A program made the translations under genes and the position numbers. From Octopus vulgaris (taxonomy: Eukaryota): DNA of 64,000 bases. The notes beneath the pieces were generated by a model. The model had not been told where the DNA came from. It worked only from the letters and a program-made list of their open reading frames with translations, and did not search any database. The stretch spans positions 32,612,001 to 32,676,000 of the forward strand of contig OX597825.1 in the NCBI GenBank assembly GCA_951406725.2. The letters are read 5' to 3'. Positions 56,465 through 64,000 of the stretch are shown here, piece by piece. The stretch's first letter is position 1, and every line of letters starts with the position of its first letter.

Positions 56465-57070
56465 TGTAAGATCCGGGTATCCAAGTGTAGGGAGGTTGTA
56501 AATTTCAATCAGTCCCTGATGGGTATAAAAGTTAATCCTCACACAGAAGAATTACAATAATCTTAATTGGTGAAAAAAGAAATTATATTAATGTCATGTA
56601 CCTCTTGGTGAACGACAACTATTGATTTCATATCGTACACATATTACATACCTGTGATTTTGTGCAATAAACGTCGAGTTCATCCCCTTCTTCAGACATT
56701 TTAATTCGTTTCATAGTTAAGTCTTGTTTAATTTGATTGTGAATCGAATTATGTCTGAACACGTGTTTAAAACTGCATAACGTTTTTATGTAACATGAAA
56801 TAAATGTTGCTCGTTTACCGAAATGTATACAAAATTAATTTCCTAGATATGTGTGTGCGGATAGTCGCAGACATGGCTGTATGGTAAGAAGTTCGCTTCC
56901 CAACCACATGAATCCTGGTTTAGTACCAAAGTATATGGATCGGGCCACCCAAAGCTCACACTTGGAGATAAGTCGATTATATCGACCTCTGTGTTCAGTT
57001 TTTACTTATTTTATGAACGGTAAAGACAGCCTCAACGGTATCAGAGCTCAGACCGTAAAAACAGACGAAA

Positions 57071-57306
57071 TACCTATTTCTTTACTACCCACAAGGTGCT
57101 AAATACAAAGAGGACAGACAAGGACAGACAAACGGATTAAGTCGATTATATCGACCACAGTGTGTAACTGGTACTTATTTAATCGACCCCGAAAGGATGA
57201 AAGGCAAAGTCGACCTCGGCGGAATTTGAACTCAGAACGTAACGGCAGACGAAATACGGCTACGCATTACGCCCGGCGTGCTAACGTTTCTGCCAGCTCA
57301 CGCCTT
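57071..57306 (-). mobile_element. Young family-A SINE whose tail is fused to the body of an older copy (about 56965-57070)
   Basis: Minus ...aaagaaataGGTAtttcgtctgtttttacggtctgagc. Confidence 0.9.
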
Positions 57307-57692
57307 CCATTCACCTTTATATGAATAAAAATGTAAACGTTGACTCAGCAATTTTGCAATTCGTAGCCATTTTGCTTTTATATTCGCTTATCTGGAAAAA
57401 AAGAAGAAATTAAGACTTTTCGAGTGTCCTTCACTCATTTTCAAAAATGATTTTAATCTCCTTTTTTTTTGTTTTATACTGTTATGTGATGGTTTTATGA
57501 AGACTGTCATAATGTGAGGATTTTCATGCGATTGATATGAAGTTTAATTTTTTCATTGACCTTTAAAACATGGCTGATGTCTTTAGATGTCATACTTTAT
57601 TCTGTAGTGATGTCAATAATGACGTCTATATTGTTAAGAACATCAAGGAAAATATTCTCCTGAATTTGAGTGTTTTGGTGTGTGTATGTGTC

Positions 57693-57746
<54 letters not shown>

Positions 57747-57755
57747 CGTGTACAG

Positions 57756-57787
<32 letters not shown>

Positions 57788-58711
57788 AGTATCTATGTGT
57801 GTGTGTCTGTGCCTTATGACTGAAATACGATGAATATTGAAGAGATTATAAACGAACGGGAGGAAGAAAGGAGCTAAGACAGAAAAATCGAAAAACAGGA
57901 AATAAATTAACGATATAGAGATAGAAATAAAGAGAGACACGGAGAGGAAGATAAAGAGAATGAATAATGGGGTGGAAGTAAGCGAGAAAGAAAAAAACGT
58001 TAGTAAACCAATTACTCGAGAATTCAAACATCGTTGCTCATTCAGTCCTTTGTTTAATTTCAAGATAATTTGACACACGCAGAGCAAAATGTTTTAGTCA
58101 CATTTGCTCTGTTAGTCGGTGATTGATACAGGCGAGACAGTGGAAAATTTACACCGTTTTACACCGCCTTAATTAGAAAGTTGTTTTTACAAACCAGCAG
58201 CAACAGCTACTTTCACATCTTGCTAGCCAAACTAACTCAATCCAACAAACCCAGACTCAACTCGGTCAAAATAATCAATTTTCCACGCAGCCACTTAATG
58301 TATTTAATAAATCACGATTAGAGATGTCAACGTTACAATATATTCTTACAGTTTAACATACTGTTGCCTGCTGTTTCGCTAGTTCCACCATATTATTGCT
58401 TTTACCATTACACATGTCTATATGCATTCCGATTTATGTGTCTGTATGTGCTTATGTTTGTATGTGTCCGTGCGTGTACGTCTGCTTCTGTGTGTGTGTG
58501 GAGGTGTGTGCACATACACACCTTTTTTTGCTTTTGTATTGTATTTTCTGTAATATTGTTGAATGTTTATTTTAGCCTGGGTCGTGTAGTGCATTGCGTA
58601 ACATGGTAAACATAGTCTGCTAATTAATTTCGTAAATGCAACTATAAACACGGTCATAGTTATACATCCATCCATCCATACATATGTGTGCGTGTGTACA
58701 TATACATATAC

Positions 58712-58744
<33 letters not shown>

Positions 58745-58823
58745 TATAGACATATGTATATCGATTGATGGATGCACATGCACACAGACCTACAAACCCA
58801 CACGTACACGAACAGACAAATAA

Positions 58824-58883
<60 letters not shown>

Positions 58884-58946
58884 CTTTATTGCCAACAAAG
58901 GGGCTCGCTGCCTTTTATATGTTCCTATTAATATTAATATTTATTA

Positions 58947-59160
58947 AGGCAGTGAGCTGGTAGAATAGATACCGCGCCGGACGAAATGCTTAGCGGTATT
59001 TCGTCCGTCTTTGCGTACTGTGTTCGAATTCTGTATGGATAAACTTTGCTTTTTATCCTTTCGGGGTCGATAAAATATATACCGGTTCAGTACTGGGGTC
59101 GATGCAATCGACTTAATACCTTTTTCGAAAATGCTGGCTTTCTGCCAAAATTTGAAATCA
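58947..59160 (+). mobile_element. Old family-A SINE without the young tail
   Basis: aaggcagtgagctggtagaat...gttcgaattc...cctttcggggtcgataaa; further old copies at about 12385, 14000, 18700, 33640, 35170, 41940, 44290 and 63030. Confidence 0.85.
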
Positions 59161-59189
59161 GTATAAATATGACTATAATGAATTCATGT

Positions 59190-59758
59190 GAAGCTGCGTG
59201 GCTCAGGGGTTAAGGTGCTCAGCTCACGATCTTAAGGTCGTGAGTTCAATTCCAGGCGACACGTCGTGTCCTTGAGCAAGACACTTTATTTCTCTTAGGT
59301 CCAATCTACTAAGCTGGCAAAAATGAGTAGTACTTGTAATTCAAAGGGCCAGCCTTGACACATTCTGTGTCACGCTGAATCTCCCAAAGAACTACGGCAA
59401 GGGTACATGTGTCTGTGGTAGGCAGCGAGCTGGCAGAAACGTTATCACACCGGGCGAAATGCTTAGCGGTATTTCGTCTGCCGCTACGTTCTGAGTTCAA
59501 ATTCCACCGAGGTCGACTTTGCCTTTCATCCTTTCGGGGTCGATTAAATAAGTACCAATTACGCACTGGGGTCGATATAATCGACTTAATCCGTTTGTCT
59601 GTCCTTGTTTGCCCTCTCTGCGTTTAGCCCCTTGTGGGTAGTAAAGAAATAGGTACATGTGTCTGTGGGGTGCTGAGCCACAGGCACATTTTCACGAGCA
59701 GGGTGTTCCGTTGATCGAATCAACTGGAACCCTCGTCGTCGTAACCGACGGAGTGCCA
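59190..59758 (+). mobile_element. Family-C-like SINE interrupted by a young family-A SINE (59419-59655)
   Basis: Host head gcgtggctcaggggttaagg...gagttcaattcc, gtgtccttgagcaagacactt; duplication ggtacatgtgtctgtgg at 59402-59418 and 59652-59668. Confidence 0.9.
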
Positions 59759-60054
59759 TTACTGAATTCATAATACGATATATAAGACATGCATAACATG
59801 ATATACATAACACTTTGTTTTAGTACCCAGCTGTATTTCTTCAGAATCGCTCTCATAAACATTACATAATTCCTCAGTTTGTTCGTTACAGATGGAAGAA
59901 AGTATTAGCAGGTCACCACACACACACACACATACTTGTCCTTGGTCTGAAGAGTATATATATTGTACCAGTGTGTGCGTGTGTGTGTTCATGCGTGCGT
60001 GCGTCTGTGTGTACATGTACATATATACATATATATATATACATATATATATTT

Positions 60055-60101
<47 letters not shown>

Positions 60102-60730
60102 CATACTTTATATACACACACATACACTCCTTTCACCCAGACAAAATAACTTCGTTGCTATTGACCTTCGTTAGTGACCCCTTGGAGAAGCTTCTCGAAG
60201 AGTTTTGTCGTCAAAGTACAGAATATTCCCCTCTTTTTTCATCATTTCCAGTCCTACTTCTGCACCACACCATTTATACACGGAGTTTTCTCCGATCCTC
60301 ATTCTAACGGTTTAGTTATATATTTGACATTCTACATCGACAATGTGTAACTGTATCATTTGAGTGAACACACGCATCCATAGATGATACCAACTTTCAT
60401 TTCATATAACTTTCTGCATATATCTTGTGTCACAATGCAATTTTAATGCGTCACCTCAGTCGTATACTACTTCTAAAACAAAGATCATGAAAACATCCTC
60501 CAATTGGAACACGACAGCCTAATTTCGTTCAATATCTCTGAGACAATTCATTGCATGCATCAAAAGATACACGCAATGCTTAGATCTTTCTCGTCATGTA
60601 AAACTCACAATGAAAAATATTTATAGTCTTTACGGGTTATAAAGGCATCACAATTCCAAATCACGGCGACCAGGTATTAGCAACATAATAAAAACAGAAT
60701 TCTAAGTGCATGGTTCTGTTGAGAGCTACG

Positions 60731-60763
<33 letters not shown>

Positions 60764-60975
60764 TGTATGTATGTATGTATGTATGTATGTATGTATGTAT
60801 GTATGTATGTATGTATGTATGTATGTATGTATGGATGGATGGATGGATGGATGTATGTATGTATGTATGTATGGATGGATGGATGGATGGATGGATGGAT
60901 GGATGGATGGATTTATGTATTGATGTATGTATGTATGTATATATGTATGTATTTATATACACATGTACTTATGTA
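60731..60975. repeat. (TATG)n/(GATG)n microsatellite
   Basis: Visible runs. Confidence 0.95.
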
Positions 60976-61004
60976 TGTCATTATTCAGTTATTTCAAGAT
61001 TTCT

Positions 61005-61121
61005 TGCCAGGTTCAGTCCCACTTCGTGGCACCTTGGGCAGGTGTCTTCTGCTATAGCCTCGGGCCGACCGAAGCCTTGTGAGTGGATTTGGTAGATGGA
61101 AACTGAAAGAAGCCCATTGCA

Positions 61122-61176
<55 letters not shown>

Positions 61177-61330
61177 ATGTATGTATGTATGTATGTATGT
61201 ATGTATGTATGTGTGTATGTATGTATGTATATGTGTGTATATATTTGTGTATTTGTGTTTGTCCCCCAACATCGATTGACAACCGGTGCTGATGTGTTTA
61301 AGTCCCCGAAAACTTTATTCGTTCATGATA
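61005..61330 (+). mobile_element. Family-B SINE with internal (TA)n(TATG)n
   Basis: ggttcagtccc B box, CORE-like accttgggcaggtgtctt, then microsatellite, then tgtttgtccccc..gacaaccg. Confidence 0.82.
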
Positions 61331-62454
61331 AAACTGCTTTGATGATCGATGTTACTATCCTCAAGGAACTTTCTATTAACATATCCATACAGAGTCTTCT
61401 GTTCATATAGGCTCATCCTTTCATCTGATGATACGTTATGGTGGAGTCGTGCAACTTCTTTGGGCATGTATTCTAGGTTATCAAAGAGTGTTGCTCAAGA
61501 GGCTACCTACCAAGTCATAGGAGGCAAACTTGGTCAAGGGATGCACTTCGACACTTGGTGGTTAAAAGATGTTACCGAAGGGATATGATGCGACATTCAA
61601 AGGCATTGTATGTATTACGTACGTATGTATTATGTATGTATGTATTATATATGTATGTATGTGCAGATTTGTATGTTTTAAGTATGTATTCTCATGCATA
61701 TAGTTGTATATCTAGACATGCTCTTATATAGTTAAACATTAGATCGATCGGATGTTTTCTCACTCTCGTTGGGAATGGCTTGTTGCTCAACGAAAGCTTC
61801 GAGAAAATAGCAAAATTTTTGGCGAATTGTAATTTTAAAATGTATTTGCGTTGGTTTACTGTGCAGTCTTCGCTACTGAGGCAAGTAAGTTTGGATACAT
61901 GTATGTATGTATGTATGTATGTATGTATGTATGTATGTATGTATGTATGTATGTATGTATGTATGTATGCATATGTACGTATGTATGTATGTATGTATGC
62001 ATATATGCATGCATGTAAGTATGTATGTATGTATGTATATGAGTGTGTGCATGCTTGTGTACGTGTGTGTATGTGTTTGTTCTTGTGTACCTTTAGGCTA
62101 ATTATATCGATGGACGATGTTCCACAATGAGAAAACCGGCGCTTTCGAACGAAGTCCCTTATGATATTAGTTCCGCCTAAGTTCTTCATACAACCCCTTA
62201 TCACACTCTCCATCTTGAAATCTGTAAACCCACGATTGACTAATCACTATTAATTACAAGATTAATTCCATCGACATCCACATTTTCCTTGATGCATCAA
62301 CATAGATGCATCTAGAATGCAATATGCATAAATTGAAATTGAATATCAACCGTATTAATCTCACCACTGTAGGGGAGACTAGACCTATTATAAATCTTAC
62401 ACTTTCCATTTCAGACAGTTAATAGCAAACCCTGGTATCAGGAATTGCCCATCT

Positions 62455-62645
62455 TTATCTTATTTTTCTGTCTCTTACTAGTTTCAGTCATTGGACTGTG
62501 GCCATTCTGGGGCACTGCCTTGGATGGTTTTAGCCGAACAAAAATTGGCCCCAATTAATATTTTTCTGAAGTTTTCATTTTTTATCAGTCTCTTACGTCG
62601 AACTGCATACATGTGTGTGTGCTAATGTCTGTGTGTATACACACA

Positions 62646-62704
<59 letters not shown>

Positions 62705-62890
62705 ACACACACATATATATATATATAATGCGCCGGGCTTGCGAGCAATTTCTGTCTATCAAAATCACTCTTAAAGTATTAGTCGGCCTGGGGCTATAGT
62801 AGAAGACATTTGCTCAAGGTGCCGCGCAGTGGGACTGAATCCGAAACTATGTTGTTGCAAAGCCAGCCTCTTAACCATACGGCTATGGCT
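62455..62890 (-). mobile_element. Near full-length family-B SINE with internal (CA)n
   Basis: Head at about 62890, microsatellite at 62610-62727, tail gactgtggcc...ttagccgaacaaa. Confidence 0.8.
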
Positions 62891-64000
62891 ACAGGTACAG
62901 TTACTTAGCAAATAACTTACCCGTGTCATAGATGTACTCCTATGCAAAATTACAACTTGGGTGTTGAAATCTGGCCTACAAGGTGGAACTTATGATACAT
63001 TCCATTCACATTTTTTATATTGATTTCAAACTTTAGCACAAGACCAGCAATTTTCGAGTGAGGGAGCACTAAGTCGATTACAGTCGATTATTTATCAGTC
63101 CCCACTGAATGAAAAGTAAAGTCGAGTTTGGTGGAATCTCAACTCAGAACGTAAAGACAGACGGCATTCACTATTTTATATTAAGATCACATTCACTTCC
63201 TGGAAGCATTCTTAGCGGTTTTCTTCATATAATTCAGAGCGATATCGTTTCTATTTATTCAGAATTTCTTTTGATTTTCACAAGTTCTTTTCAGTTTTTA
63301 TTCCTTTATTTTATTTATTTCGTCCTATTGTTTCTTAGTACATCATTAAGTTTTTCTTTAATATATAATTTTTTTTTTCACTAGCTATTTTGAAACATCT
63401 TTCTCGATTTATGACGATTATTATCACTAAAGATCTTTTTCCTGCATTTTTATTCGGTGTTAGAGATTTTTCCCCGACTACTGCAATTATTTTTTTACTC
63501 TTATTCTTACTCTTATTATTTTTCATAATTATGTTCTGTGCAACTTTATTTTACTTGTTTGTTTAAATCTTTCTCTCTTTCTGTACCTCTTTCTCTCTCT
63601 CACACACACACACACACACACTTGTACTTACACACATACGCATACATATATTAATGAAGACCATGATATCTCGGGAGATATTTATTTAATTATTCCCCTT
63701 TAGGCATTGGACGTAATTAATGCTTGCTTCGTTGTTTTAATGACTTTGCTATAATTTAAGTAATTTTTTCATCTTCCTCTTCCTTTACTTGGAAATTTTC
63801 CGATATTTGTGCTGATTACAAGACTTTACAAAAGAAATGAAACAACATCTTTTTTTCTCCATCAAAGCAGACAAAGTAAAACAGCCAGCAAATGTCAAAG
63901 TCGCTTCCCACCGATTGTTGATCGTGTTTTCTCGCCAAACCGGCTTTTTATCGCGAGATTGGTGGAGTATTTTTTTTTTCGTATAATCTTTTATACGGCT

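Overview
Eukaryotic, AT-rich, repeat-saturated DNA. The SINE families and the extreme microsatellite load suggest an octopus (coleoid cephalopod) genome, which is an inference. Almost all ORFs in the supplied track are microsatellite translations or transposon debris. The window contains dense simple repeats and at least three tRNA-derived SINE families. It also has decayed LINEs (four R4/Dong-like, two RTE-like, two Penelope-like fragments), Tc1/mariner and pogo remnants, a non-autonomous Helitron and a long-TIR MITE with a telomere-repeat core. Four minimal hammerhead-ribozyme-like motifs sit in short (TA)n-associated elements. Two phase-compatible minus-strand exon candidates (41656-41797 and 8970-9154) suggest much of the window is intron of an unidentified gene. 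The most striking pattern is that all six loci of a young, tail-bearing SINE subfamily lie inside older SINEs, five of them in the tRNA-like head of their own family, producing TSDs and 184-bp tandem arrays. No CRISPR array, rRNA, bona fide tRNA or intact transposase/RT gene was found.
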